Below are positions 26,505-43,403 of a stretch of DNA of 64,000 nt, piece by piece. The notes under the pieces were generated by a model that ran no database searches, was not told the DNA's origin, and saw only the letters and a program-made list of their open reading frames with translations. Positions within the stretch are counted from its first letter, which is position 1. Each line of letters begins with the position of its first letter. A program made the position numbers and the translations under genes. The DNA comes from the human T2T-CHM13v2.0 reference genome, Homo sapiens: NCBI RefSeq assembly GCF_009914755.1, contig NC_060936.1; one strand, written 5' to 3'.

Positions 26505-26962
26505 CTGGAAAAGAAATGGATTAAGTTACAAAAAGCCTCTGGAGAACAGGGTTGGTTTTGCAGACAGAAAAAAGAAAAAGAACACAAAAGTTTTGACACT
26601 AAAGCCATCTCTGATCCAAAAACAAGTAGAGATAGAGAGACACTAAAGAGACTACTTTTCTCCTAAAGGCAACCTGAGGAAGTCCTTTATAAAGATCGTG
26701 CAGACTCCCTCCACAAAGGATGAGGTTTCTTCAAACCCCAAAATACTTTTGAATTCTTCCTGCTGTCTGACAAGCAACAAGAGAGTTGGCCCTTCCTGCC
26801 AATGCTGAGACGGCACCAGTCCTATTGTCCAACAGGTGATCTATCCACCCTCTTCATGGGGGAACACAGGTCTGTTCTCCTCCTAGGTGAAACATTTTTC
26901 AGGTCTCAATAACATTAATAGCATCATCTTTCCATTAAAACCAAGCTAAACATTGCCCACCA

Positions 26963-27320
26963 CTACTATGGACTGAATGATGTCTGCTGAAATTCATTTG
27001 TTGAAGCTCTAATCCCCAATGTGACTGTATTGGGAGATATGACTTTTAGGAGGTAATTTAGATTAAATGAGGTCAAAAAGGTGGGGTCCTAATTCAATAG
27101 GATTGGTGGCTTTATGAGTAGAGGAAGAGAGAAAGGGATATCTCAAGACCATCTGAGGACACAGAGAAAAGGCAGCTACCTGTAAGAAGAGCCCTCATCA
27201 GAAATTCAACCCTTTTCGACTTTGATCTTGAACCTTTCAGCCTCTAGAACTATGAGAAAATAAATTTCTGTCAGTTAAGCCTATGGCATTTTGTTACAGC
27301 AGCCTGAGCAGACTAAGACA
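26963..27320 (+). mobile_element. MLT1A-like MaLR solo LTR
   Basis: tactatggactgaat..gttgaagctctaatccccaatgtga..taaatgaggtca..cagcctctagaactatgagaaaataaatt..gcagcctgagcagactaagaca. Confidence 0.75.
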
Positions 27321-27548
27321 ACTACATTCAGGACTTTTTTGGTGTAGAATGATAATAATGGCCCAATTTCTCAGGGTTGAAATAAGAATTAAGTGAAACA
27401 ATGTTTATACAGTCCTTAGCACAATATCTGGACACAGTAAGCATTGAATAGATGATACCTGTTATTATTTTTAATACCGAATGCTAAAATACACCTTAGG
27501 GTGGAGTTATTTCATACTTCCCATTGATGCACAATGTACAGGGAATGG

Positions 27549-27612
27549 AATTGCAGTTTTTGCAATTACTTTTTAATGGCAAAAACTGCAATTACTTTAA
27601 GCAGCAACCTAA
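27549..27612. mobile_element. MADE1 (Hsmar1-derived MITE), left TIR truncated
   Basis: aattgcagtttttgc..taatggcaaaaactgcaattacttt..caacctaata matches the recalled MADE1 palindromic consensus. Confidence 0.8.
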
Positions 27613-28559
27613 TAGTTGGGAGACAGTAAAATGGTAAGAATCAAAGACTTGAAGTGTTTAAACGGGATTTTGAAGTCCATGCTTCATCTGGATGTAGGAA
27701 CCTCCCCATGTCCCCCAACATTCTTCACCCAAGACCACCCAACCCCTGTGTAGATATTTCCAGAGGAGCACTTCTGGTATGATTAGGCATCCCATCCTTG
27801 TTTGAAAGTGCCTCTAACAGCTAATGAAAATCTAATAGTTCAAAATAATGTTTTGATCAGTTTCTGGTCTAATATTCCTATTTCCTATCAAGAGGATGTA
27901 GTATAGTGGATAAAAGTCTCATCTTTGGTGCCAGAAATTGTATAAAACCAGATTTCACAAATCACCAACTATATGTCCATGGGCAAGTTATTACAACTCT
28001 ATAAGCTTTAGTTTTCTTATCTTTAAAATGGAGAAATAAATATTAACTTGCCCATAGGGTGAGTTAAAAGACATAATCTATACAGCATGCTTCATTTAGG
28101 GCTTGATACATGTTAAGAGCATGTACCAAGATACATGCTCTGATAGACATTTATCAAGATAAATAAAAATAGACAAATATATCATTGTTCCTATTATCAT
28201 CTTTATCACAGAAGGATTTAAAGAGTGAGCTGAAATTCTTTAGAATTTCATAAGAAAAATTTCATAGTAAAAAATTTCTAAGAAAAAAGTAAGCAATAAT
28301 TCTGTGATAATAAAAAATTGAAAAAAAACTAGATGGAGCCTACAGATTCTGAAGCTAAATATGTGAGCTGGTTGTGATCCTGTCTGTGAGTCAGAACAGA
28401 AGGAGAAGATGCAGGAAAAATCAAAGAGAGAGAGAAGAAAAGAAGAAAGGAAAGTGAGGGAAGTCTAGAACCAGAATTCAAAGTGAGACTTCTCCTCCAT
28501 GAACAGTAATCAGACGACGTGTTCAAATCTTTAGTAAAAAATTAGTGGTTTTGATTATA

Positions 28560-30110
<1,551 letters not shown>

Positions 30111-30149
30111 AGACATGTGATGTGTTTGATGAAATAATCTCACTGGCAA

Positions 30150-31560
<1,411 letters not shown>

Positions 31561-34404
31561 ATAGTCCTGTGAATTTATCATTCCCAGATTTCCTCCTGGA
31601 TATCCCAGTGACCATTAAAAAAAATAATAATAAAGGAAGTCCCTCCAGAGCAGAATTTAACAGGAATCCTGGAAGTTGTATAACATACAGATGGGCTTTT
31701 GGAAACCTTCAGATTACGATTCCGACCGTATGATGCACTCACTCATTAAAGTAACTCCTTTGATGTTACCCCCCTTGCTTTTCTTTTTTTTTTTTTAATT
31801 TGCTATTTTTCCGTCCCTTTTTAATGACAAGTCTCAGAAACTCTTTCCGGAAGGCTCAGAGCATTCCCTCTGCCTGTGCCCCACAGGGTCACCCCAGGAC
31901 CATGGTGAGTGTCCATCACACCTTGGGCCTCCCTGCAGCAGGAATCTGGGCCCTAGACAGGTCCCTACAGACGTGGCTCCACAGATCTTTAGCCTCATTA
32001 AATAAAGAAGGCAGAACCTAGCCCTAAATGACCAAAGATGAGGAACACATCCACTTCTAAGCTATGTATTCCTATTCCTTTTCCTGATACCTGACAAGGT
32101 TCAAATTTGTTCCTTAAACTTCTGATTTATGGCCAGATTCCACTGTATTTGAGGAGAACACAGACCTCCCTCCCGTGTTGGCTTTAAAGAGAGCCTGTTT
32201 TATGTCTGGAAATATAACATTTATCACATTTACAAAAAGAAAGCAGAAAGTTTATGAAATCTTACTAGCTGTGTCCAGGGGTACATTTAACAGCTATTTT
32301 TGGATATGATCTGGAGCTTTTAGTTAGAATAGAGATGGCGAGACATTTTGACCGTGGCAGTATTGATCTGTCTATCTGCTCTGTCTGTCTCAAAGCATGC
32401 CCAGGAAACAATGTGGTATGTGAAAAAGGTGGCATTTACCCTTTCACCAAAAACCCACCTCTCCATATGAGAAGAGCCCATTTCCAATTTTGCTTCGATG
32501 TGGACCGGAGCTAAATTTGAGATGGAATTATAGCAAAGAGTTGGGCTGTGGTGTGGCATGTGTTTCGGGGGCACTATGCAGTCTGGATCCAAAGTCTATT
32601 TTGCATGAACATATATGGGAAAGGCAAGGTGCAGGGAGGGGAGGAGGGAAATTCCCATCCATGGATTCAGATAATAAATACCACAAGATCAGATTCAGCC
32701 ACGCTGCTCGCCATGTATGAAGTAATCTCAGAAGGAGATGCGTATGAACATCATCCTGGGGCCCAAAATGTTTAAAACCATCCGATCCTCTCTGGGAAGC
32801 ATCGGCCACAACTGTGTCAGGCCCCAAGAGCCTGGGGTTGTGTGAGTGGGGACCATTCAAAGCCAGATCACGCAACCAAGTTTTATCTATTATCATGGCA
32901 TTAGTCACAGAGCTGCCTTTCAAGTGCTCGGTGACCCCATTTTACTGCCTCCCTTTGAAGCATTTTGTTTCCCATCTCCAGGGTCTCTAAGCCAGGCCTA
33001 GCAATGATGGGGGCGGCTGCTGCCTGATGGAAGATGCCTGGACAGAGAGTGGGGCTTCCACAGTGGTCCTGTCTGGGGCACCTTCCAGAAGTAGAGGTGG
33101 CAGTTCATGGGACCCTTTGGAAGATCCTGCACTTGGCCTTGCATCTCATTAGAGGCCCTTGGGAAGGAGTTATTTAGTTATTTCCTTTGCTGCTCTTGTT
33201 CAGTCTCTCTCATTACCATCAAGAAAAAACATCTTTGGCTTGCTACTGGTATGCCTTTGACAACTGCCAGGGCTTGCACTCTCATTTTTTACAAAGAGAA
33301 GGCAGATCTTAGTCAGAAAGCCTTGGAGAGGAAATAATGTCATTGATTGTTTAATAATAATGGTTTGTTTTTGTTGTATTTCTTTTCACATCATTTCCTA
33401 TTTATGGAAACTGATGGTGTTAGTTTTCCAATTTCAGAAATGTGAGGATTTTAATTAAAAAGCAAGTTGGTTTGGAGGAAACTAATATGCAAATAGCTGT
33501 TTGCATAGGTAATGGGGGGAAATTTAAAAGTTGATTAAAAAATGACTGAAGAGTGGGAAGCAATGTTCTAATTCAAGAAGCCTGCTAGATTGTAAGATTC
33601 TCAAGGCCATCAAAATTATGTTATTTTTTTCAATACACATACATGCACACACACACATGCATGTTTGTGCACACGCACATACAGAATCTAATGAGAATGT
33701 TGCACCCTCAGAGAAAGAGATAAATTATAGCTGACTACCTGGCCTACTAATAAGGGTCAATTAGACACTCTTAAACATTTAAAAATTTTCTTTGGAAGAA
33801 TCTTAGAAAATTGCTTTTAGAAGTAAAGAATCAACTAAAGATGATAAATCTTTTAATTGTAAATTCTTATTACATTTTTATTCCCAAACATTCTTATCCA
33901 GCACAATCACCCATCTAACCCCCCAGACTTGCCTCTATTTAAAAAAAAAAAAAACAAATCTGGCCTTTAAAATGAATATGTACCTCCCTTGGGGAAAGAA
34001 TTCCATGTAGGCTCTGAAGGTACATAAGAGCTGTACTGCCCACTAAAAGCCACTGAGCCAGGAACAGAAGAGAAAACGACTGTCCCTGAGTTGTTCTCTC
34101 CGGTTTCACTCCCTGGAGTCCCAACACTTCCAAAGCATCACCGTTAAACACAAAAGCCTATGCCACACAGTAAAATGTTGGCCACCTGGAAACCCCAAGA
34201 ATGGTTCTTTTTTCCTCCGATGTCCACATTTTATGTTTTCTGGATAGCTAAGCATTTATCCAAGCTGGTTTTTAGTTTAGTTTTGTTTTAACGTAAAAAC
34301 CTTTTTTTTTTTTAAGTTAGATGGCAATATTTCTAGAATAACTTTGCCAAGGTCACACAGTGAGTATATTGTAAAGCCTGGATTTAAACCCAGATCTGGT
34401 AGGC

Positions 34405-34929
34405 CAGGGATCCCCAATCCCTGGGCCACAGACCAGTACCCGTCCTTGGTCTGTTAAGAACCGGGCCACACAGCAGCAGGTGAGCAGCAGGTGAGTGAGT
34501 GAAGCTTCATCTGTATTTATAGCCACTCTCCATCCTCATTAACACCTGAGCTCTGCCTCTTGTCAGGCCGGTGGCGGCATCAGATTCTCACAGGAGCGTG
34601 AACCCTACGTGAACTGTGCATGCGAGGGATCTAGGTTGTGTGCTCCTTATGAGAATCCAATGCCTGATGATCTGTTACTGTCTCCCGTCACCCCCAGATG
34701 GGACTGTCTAGTTGCAGAAAAATAAGCTCAGGTCTCCCACTGATTCTACATTATGGTAAGTTGTAAAATTATTTCATTATATATTGCAATTTAATTATAA
34801 TAGAAATAAAGTGTACAATAAATGTAATGCAGTTGAATCATCCCAAAATCACACCCCACTCCCCCGGTCCACGGAAAAACTGTCTTCCAGGAAACCTGTC
34901 CCCTGTGCCAAAAAGACTGGGGACCACTG
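34405..34929. mobile_element. MER1A-like hAT-Charlie element
   Basis: cagggatccccaa..ctgttaagaaccgggccacacagcag..gggatctaggttg..tgccaaaaagactggggaccactg; about 525 bp. Confidence 0.82.
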
Positions 34930-36758
34930 TGTTAGGCCACCAAATCTTTGCCCTACAGATGTGTTGAAAACTACTGGGTCTAATTTTTATAATTTACATG
35001 ACTCCTTCCTCACTGGCAGGCTCAATCATCATTTCTCTTCTGACTATGAAAGACTTTCTTTTTCTTGTTTATGTTTCATCTGTGTCATCCATGCCAGGTA
35101 CTTCAACTCTGAGTTGAAGGGGTCTGATTTATTGAGAGTCGAAGATCCAGTAATCATAATCATAGTGATCTCGTATGACCAAACTCAAAATACAACCTTT
35201 ATAATTGTACAAATTATAAAGAACTTTGGGGATAAAAGATCCTAGGATTTGGCAAAAGAATTTTTGTTCTACATCCTTGAATTTAACTACATAATTATGT
35301 TGTACACATCCTCTGGCAGAGTAGAAATTGAAAGGAAACATCTTTTGAAAGAGGGGTGGCTTGTATTTGGAAGCAGCAGTGACCAGCTTTGCTCATTCGA
35401 GAGAAATTCATAGGGTGTTAGAGTTTGAAGACACCTTACATATGATTTTAATGCCACCATATTCATCAAGAGATGAGGACAGTTAGACTCTGAGAAGCAG
35501 CTTGCCCATGGCTTTATGAGTTACTGTGCAATTGCCATTGTTTAAAGGGTGGCATATTTTAAAACATACAAAGTATTAAGCACACATCAGTCATAAACAA
35601 GAAAATTTAGCCTTCAAGGCATACGCCATGTGCTATTTTCACCTGTTATGGGGTGGATGGAGTTGAGGGGTGGAGACATGCCAACGTGTTGTCCAAACAC
35701 ATGCCCGAGTTCTTGCCTCTCTTGTATTCTACAAAAGCCTTCTGGGTCCAGAGAGAATGGGCTAAGCTGTAGATCAGATGACCAGGGATGAAAGCTGTAA
35801 ATAATTCTACTCACAGCAAAATAACAATGTACTGGGAAGGCTGGTGTTTTTCCCAGATGTTTAATTAGGATGAAGACTTTTCTTTATAGCAGTTGTGGAG
35901 GAGCTGGCCTCATGGTTTCAAAGGGGCCAGATGTGGCTTTGGTACCATCTGCATATTCTCTGGTTGTTTTTCCATAACAAATGATGTCTCTCTAAGATGG
36001 TAAGCTCCTAGAGAACAAGTGTCATCTGCATGGAACAAGAACAAGCATCATCTAGCTTTGCTTGACTTTATCACTGAGTGACTTTCTGTCAGAAAGCAGG
36101 GAACGGGGGGCACAGCTTCAAAGGCTGAATTTCTCAAGGTTGCTGACTTCCTGACTGATGACTAGAGGCTGGCTTAGGCAGGGAGGTGGAGTGAGGCAAC
36201 CAGACACCAATGATCCCGCCAATCCTCCCCAAAGAAAATACATGCCCAAGTGCCCTCTGAGGTTGTCCCAGTACAAGGTCAGAAAAGCACCCTGCATGCT
36301 TAGATGACCCAGTGTTAGAAGGGAATGTTGTGGATTCTCATTCCTTGAAGCAGGGCTCTCATTAAAAATGATATTCTTTCCAGGTAAATTAAACTGTCTC
36401 CATTATAACTTTAGCTCTACAAATATATTTTTGAGGAAGACCAAAAGGGAGCCTTCTCTGAGGACCAAGGGAGCAGGTGGCTGCAGTATAATTTTACATG
36501 GAATGGGGGATTGGGATATACATCCTTTAGTGGTTCCATTCAGCCCAAGCAACCTAGGACTCCACAATCTTCGATAGATTTAGAGAGATTCTGGGCTTTT
36601 GCCCTTACCAGGTCCCTGACACACCCCAAGACCCTGGTCAAAGAACTGCCAGCTCATTGGGCCTTACCTTCTCTACCTGTAGCACCAACTGGGTCATAGG
36701 TGTTTGTGATAAACCAGAATTAGTCTATTGCTTGTTTAGAAAATGTATATATATATAT

Positions 36759-37390
36759 ATATGTTTTATACATATAAAAATTTGTATATAAATTTATATC
36801 TATATGAAATATAGATATATTTTATAAAATGTATACATACATTTATGTATAAATATATGCATTTATATATTTATATATAAGTATATTTATCTATAATATA
36901 TTTATATTATAGATAAATATAAATATATTATATATAAATATTTATGTTATATATAATATAAATATATATATTTATATTATATTTTATTTTTTAAGTATAT
37001 ATTACACATACTTATATAAATATATTTATATATATAAATTTATATTACTTATATAAATACTTATATAAATATATACTTATATAAATATATAAATGCATAT
37101 ATTTATACATAAATATATAAATGCATATATTTATACATAAATATATAAATGCATATATTTATACATAAATATATAAATGCATATATTTATACATAAATAT
37201 ATAAATGCATATATTTATACATAAATATATAAATGCATATATTTATACATAAATATATAAATGCATATATTTATACATAAATATATAAATGCATATATTT
37301 ATACATAAATATATATACATTTTATAAAATATATCTATATTTCATATAGATATAAATTTATATACAAATTTTTATATGTATAAAACATAT
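36759..37390. repeat. AT-rich inverted repeat (77-bp perfect arms) containing a 28-bp tandem array
   Basis: 36759-36835 is the exact reverse complement of 37314-37390. The unit ataaatatataaatgcatatatttatac occurs 8 times (GC at 37095, 37123 ... 37291). Confidence 0.95.
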
Positions 37391-37508
37391 TTTATGTTTT
37401 ATAAAATATATATCAAACAAATATATTTATATTTATATTTATAAATATATTTATATTTATATATGTATATATTTATATATATGTATATATTTATATATAA
37501 ATCTCTGA

Positions 37509-38165
<657 letters not shown>

Positions 38166-39553
38166 AGAAACCTCTCTGCTTTTGAAGACTTCTTTGACTG
38201 CTTCCAAACTCCTGACCTTTACTTATTCTGAATTCTGAATTCATACATAGAATATGCGGTTATATGCAGTCTATTTTGTCTCCCAGACTAAAAAGTTAAA
38301 GCTCTGAGAAGACAAGGGCCGTTTCATCTACATTTTTCTTTTACTGTCTTAGCCATATGAGCCATGAGATAGAGGCAGTGGTGTCCCCTGCAAGTCCCCC
38401 TACAGTGTAAACAGTGTTATTCCTGGTTATGTAGCTCAGGGCCTACTCTCTGGCCTTTAAAGAATACAGTATTCTCTGTCAGCCACTTTATTCTGAAACA
38501 AATGCCTTTGTTGCTTAAAGTAGCCACCCTGAATTCCAACTGCTGCAGCTAAGAACCCTGGGCAAACATGAGGAAATATATTTGGAAAGAAAGTGATTTT
38601 AAAAGGTTCATTATTGGAGGACTTCTCAAAACAATTAATGTATCTCTAAGAGGATGAAAAATGTGTCACAGAATCTTATGGGTCCTGTCTGACGATTACA
38701 CCCATCCCAGAATGGTCATCTTTAAAGTGATTTTCGAAGAACCCTGGGCCTGGAACAAGCTGTCCATCCTATCCTCCTAAGCAGAACTGGCCCAGCCTCT
38801 CAGTTACCCCTGGGCATCTCTATCATTCCCTAGCTTTCTGATGCTGGGCTGCCTAAAAGCATCCCCTGAAACAGATTCTTCTTCAAAGCCACCAGGCAAT
38901 AGGAAGGAAAAGCAGAGGGGGTTACATTTTTCTTTGACCTGTAAGCATATTTTAACTTGCTCCATCTTTCTTTCTTTTAGGTCCAGTATAAAGTGAGTCC
39001 GTGTTTATTTTCATGACTATCTAAATGCAAAACCTGATTGAAAGAAGTCCTATGACATTTTCATAAAACCCTGGGGAGCATAGGGGGGAATCCACATGAT
39101 AATAACTCATTCACCAACTATTCCACCCTCCCCTCCTAAGATTATGTATTCCACATTTTCTTCGTATAGATTGTCCTAAATGATTCCATTACATTTCAAT
39201 AATTCACATTCATCTATCCACCATACTGAACATCTCTTTTACTTACTCACTGAGAGGACAAATAGCATTAAGATATTATGCACTCTGGGGGCCAAGACAT
39301 CTGACTCCTGGCTCTGCTACTTACTAGTTATGTGTACTTAAGCAAAGGGTAAATCCTTCTGAGCCTCCAACATCTCAAATCAGATTGGCAAGCAAAGTTT
39401 GCCCCATGGGGAAAGTTATTGGCAAATTGACAGAGAATTAAATCACCAAGCTGTCTAAGAAGAGGAAAGGCCATAGAAAACCTGCTGAAAGGCTGGCACT
39501 TCTGGGCTAACCCCTGGCAGCAAGGAGAGAGGTTAGAGGAGTTCATTACATAC

Positions 39554-39654
39554 GGGACTCCAATCTCAAAGATGTTGTTCTGGATCAACTGCTTCCCCAA
39601 CATGATGATGCTGAGCTGAATGCAGAGCTCCATGAGACAGCCCCCTGGAGCACA
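39554..39654 (-). CDS. ANO2: ANO2 coding exon (101 nt; about TM6): [33 protein letters not shown](P)
   Basis: Acceptor ctgcag|TGT and donor CC|gtatgt. Contains the anoctamin C..GGC..EL.IQL..IM.GKQ motif and the NNxxE Ca2+ ligands. Confidence 0.97.
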
Positions 39655-39798
39655 CTGCAGGGAGAAGATAAGGAAAGGACCGGTTAGAACAAACGGGAGC
39701 TCTGAGAAGCAGGGGCGCGAATGAAGCCATGCTGTGCTGGAGATAAGAATGGGGCTGGGTTGGGGTGCCAGGCATGAAACACCAGTGGCTGTACTTGC

Positions 39799-39856
39799 CT
39801 CTTCCATGCGGTAACCATCGAATACATAGACGTAGCTTCCAGGCCTGCCCACAAAC
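39799..39856 (-). CDS. ANO2: ANO2 coding exon (58 nt): [19 protein letters not shown]
   Basis: Acceptor tttcag|G and non-canonical donor GAG|gcaagt. Phases fit both neighbouring exons. Confidence 0.93.
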
Positions 39857-41092
39857 CTGAAATCAAACAGTGTGGGAAGAGTTAGGGGAAGAGAAAGCAT
39901 GCAGGGTGGCTCGAGGACATGTCTTCTGAGGGGAATACCACCACCACTGTCCTCTTCGAAAGCACTGGTCAGGGCGAGTGCTAGATCACTCAGGGATAGG
40001 AGTGCACACTGTTATCAGCAAGTAATCCCCTATAACACCTGGGGTTCACTTCTTAACCCAGTCAAATGTCAGACGATAGGAATAAGCTGGGCAGAGGATG
40101 AAGCTGGGCCTGGTGTGTGTGCGTGTATGTGTGTGTGTGTGAGCCTAAACACCATGCAGTTTGGATTATCTCTAAGTGCACTGTCGTCACACCTTCTTCC
40201 CTAGCTGGTGTCAAGAACACAGCTCTGGTTGCAACTCCTTAGTAAGAGTTTCTGATTCCCAGGAAAGCGAGGGTGAGATGGACTAAAGTTGCGAATAGAG
40301 ATTCCTGGGGTCAGAAAAGAAAAATCTTGACTTCTTGCTGAAAATATTCAAAGGAATAAAAGAAGCTTGTCTCATTCCTCTTCTAAGTAGAGTCTATTTT
40401 ATTGGGGGACAATAAGACTGTGCAGGTCGGGGAAGCAAAACAGTAAAAGCCCACCATGGAACCAGACAGACAATCAGAATAATCCTACTTACTTGCAGGG
40501 TCATCCCTGTGTTCACCTGTTGAAATCCTACTCATCCATTTAAGGCTGTGTAAGCCTTTCCTTTGCTGAAGTCTTCTTGTTGTCTCCGTTCATAACTGTT
40601 CCCCCAACACTTTCTTTATACCTCTTATTAGATCACTTACTGGATAGAATCACTTACTGGAGATGATAGTGTGCTGTTGCTAAGGCTATCTCTTCTAGTA
40701 TAGCACAGTTCTTCTAAGCCTCAGGATCCTTTTTTCTTGCCTAAAACGTCATATGCATGTAATTTGCTACTGCCACGAAATCGACATTGAAAGCACCAAT
40801 GAAGTGTATACTTCTTAATATGGACAGTCTCTCTGCTTCCATAATTTCATGACAGCCAAGGGGAGAGGTCCTGAGAAGGGGGCTGTGGTTTGGATGACAA
40901 ACACCTCTGTAAGAAATTATCAAGTGTGGATGATGACAGCTCGTGCTATTAGTGCCTGCTTAATGAACTTTTAGTTCTAGGGAAGCTTTCCTGATGTTGT
41001 TGGTTGACGCCTATTGGGAAATTTCCTTGTAAGTAGCCAACTGGCTTGATCATAAAAAATATTTATCAAAGTGATTTTACATCCAGACTGAC

Positions 41093-41762
41093 TGTAAAAT
41101 AAAGAATTTCACTGGCCTTTGTCCCCGATTCCTGCATGAACATCTAAATCCTTGGAATTTCCCTCCATAGGAGTGTCCTTGTTATTCCTGGCAGACCCCT
41201 AGGACTATACCTAAATTTAGGCTAATGAGATTACTCAGGATGGGGGCAGGCCATGCCAGAAAGATCAACCATGTTGGTTGAGGCTCTGAGTCATGTGATA
41301 CTAGCCCAATCTCAGGGCAAGGGAAGGGCATTGGAGATCGAGTTCACTCACATGGCAAATGATTCCATCAATCACAAATGACTGATAGAATCACAATCCA
41401 GTGTGCCAGGAGGGTGACACATCCTGAGGACATGGAAGCTTCATGATTAAGAACCTCCTAAACCTGGCTCTATATGTCTCTTCCATTTGCTGATTTGGAT
41501 TTACATCCCTCTACTACTATAAAACTTCAGTTGTAAGTATAGCACATTTCTGAGTTCTGTGAGTCATTCTAGTGAATTATTGAATCTGATGGAGTAATGA
41601 GAGCTCTGGAATTACAGCCAGTGGGTCATAACTGCCGGTGGCCTGAGAATCCCAGAGCTTGCCACTAGTGTCTGAAATGAGGGAAGTCTTGTGAGGGGCC
41701 GTGCCCTTAACCTATGAAATCTGTATTAACTACAGGTAGTTGGCATCAGAATTGCATTACAA
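41093..41762 (+). mobile_element. MER21-like LTR
   Basis: tgtaaaataaagaattt..ccttggaatttcc..gctaatgag..ggccatgccagaaagatcaaccatg..tgagttctgtgagtcattctagtgaattattgaa..cagaattgcatt. Confidence 0.7.
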
Positions 41763-42083
41763 GATCCAGTAGCCACTGGCTAGACATGAAATTCCCTCCT
41801 GCCTCATCCTCAAAGTTGAGAGACACAAATTCTTTCAAAACTCTCTCTTCAGGGACCACAGCCAAATCCCTGTAAAGTGCCAGGGTCATCAGAGTCTGAA
41901 GATGCTAATTCAAAATGATTGCCTGCTAACATTCCTTCTCCATGGGAAGGCAGGTGAAAGTGGGGCGGAGAAGGGGCTGACGCTGAGTGGACAATGGGGA
42001 CAGGCTGACCCTATTGTCCTGACAGTAGAGAACCCAGTCTTAGTGGCAAATTGCCTTTCTACACATGACACCATTATACTCAC

Positions 42084-42195
42084 CTCCCTTTGAAAAAGGC
42101 CACATAGAAGATGGGGGAGTAGGCATTGACAAACTTGAGCAAGAAAGCTTTGAGGATCAGGCGCTCTTCAAAAGTCTGTTCTGTTTTCGGAACCT
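42084..42195 (-). CDS. ANO2: ANO2 coding exon (112 nt; about TM5): (E)[36 protein letters not shown](R)
   Basis: Translated by hand (absent from the ORF track). Acceptor cttacag|AG and donor AG|gtgagt. Contains the anoctamin [14 protein letters not shown] motif. Confidence 0.96.
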
Positions 42196-43051
42196 CTGTA
42201 AGAGAAGAGCGAGGCTGATGAGATTGGGGTGAGATTTCTCACCTCTCCAGAGTTTTGACCTAGACATGAGCTACTATCTCTCAGCTGACTCCTTCACAGC
42301 AAAAATCACGAGACCCATCTCTCTGGCACATTAGAACTGAACTCATCTGGGAGGCCCCAGGTGGTCTGCCAGGTAATACGAAGTTACAGAAGGATAAAAA
42401 ATATAGGATCACTGTCTTTCTCCGTCCACCTTCCTCCTCTTGTCTACTCAAGGAGTGGTTTCACACCGCCCTCCTCAAAGAGGGCCATGAGCATGCAGAG
42501 CTTGCAACCACCCCCTTTTCTGCACCAAGGGGAATTCAGTTTTCACCTGTGTCATTTCCACTTCCATGAGATTTTACTTGAACCAAGGTCCCTGGTCAAA
42601 AAGCTTATTAGCCACTGAACTAGAGTTACAAGGGTACCATGACTTGATTCCTCTTTCTCTCCTTCATTTTTAGCAGAAAAAATGCTGAATGAATTTGAGC
42701 ATTAATTTGGATGAATGCAGGAAAGCATTCATCTGCGTGTCCTGTGGGGAACCTAAGACACTTCCCAGTCATACACTCAAATGATAAAGGCTTGTCATAG
42801 ACAAGATGAGTGAAACAAACAGCTTGAGCCTAAGGTTTGACTCATAGGTCACGGGCCCTGGGTGTTCTATCAGGTCCAAGCAGAGGAGTCAGCTGGCATT
42901 CCCAGAAGGACTCAGAGACACTGAGCAGAAACCTCAGAGGTGCCTTCAGAAGACTAGAGACACAGGAACCAGTGGACAATGGTTCAGGACACTTCCAAGG
43001 GACTCCACAGACAGTGACAAATGGCATGACAAGGACAAGAGGTGACAGGGT

Positions 43052-43403
43052 GATCTTAGTCCATTTGGGATGCTATAACAAGCTACCATAAACTGAGTGT
43101 TCAAGAAAACCTGGCATTTACTTCTCAAATTCTGGAGGTTTGCAAGTCTGAGATCAAGGTAGATTTGGTGTCTGGTGAGGGCCTGTCTTTTGGCTTATAG
43201 ACAGCACCTTCTCACTGTCCTCTCATGGTCAAGGGGAAAGGCATCTCTCTCAGGCCTCTTACATAGGACTCTTTCCCATGTATGTGTGCTCTGCCCTCAT
43301 GGCCTCATCACCTCCCATACACCACACCTCCTAATACCATCACCTTGGCAGTTAGAATTTCAACATAGGAATTTTGGGGAACACAAATATTAGGCTTATA
43401 GCA
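43052..43403 (-). mobile_element. MLT1A-like MaLR solo LTR
   Basis: tcttagtccatttggg..tgctataacaa..ttctggagg..aagtctgagatcaagg..tttcaacataggaattttggggaacacaaa..atagca. Confidence 0.75.

Noticed and set aside
39328-39900. 190-aa ORF as a stand-alone gene
   Set aside because: It is two ANO2 exons plus the read-through 144-nt intron and flanking intron sequence; covered by the intron-retention finding.
42194-42197. Tandem AG at the exon acceptor (cag|AG)
   Set aside because: The offset is 2 nt, so it is not a NAGNAG. Its use would frameshift, and nothing in the sequence supports it.
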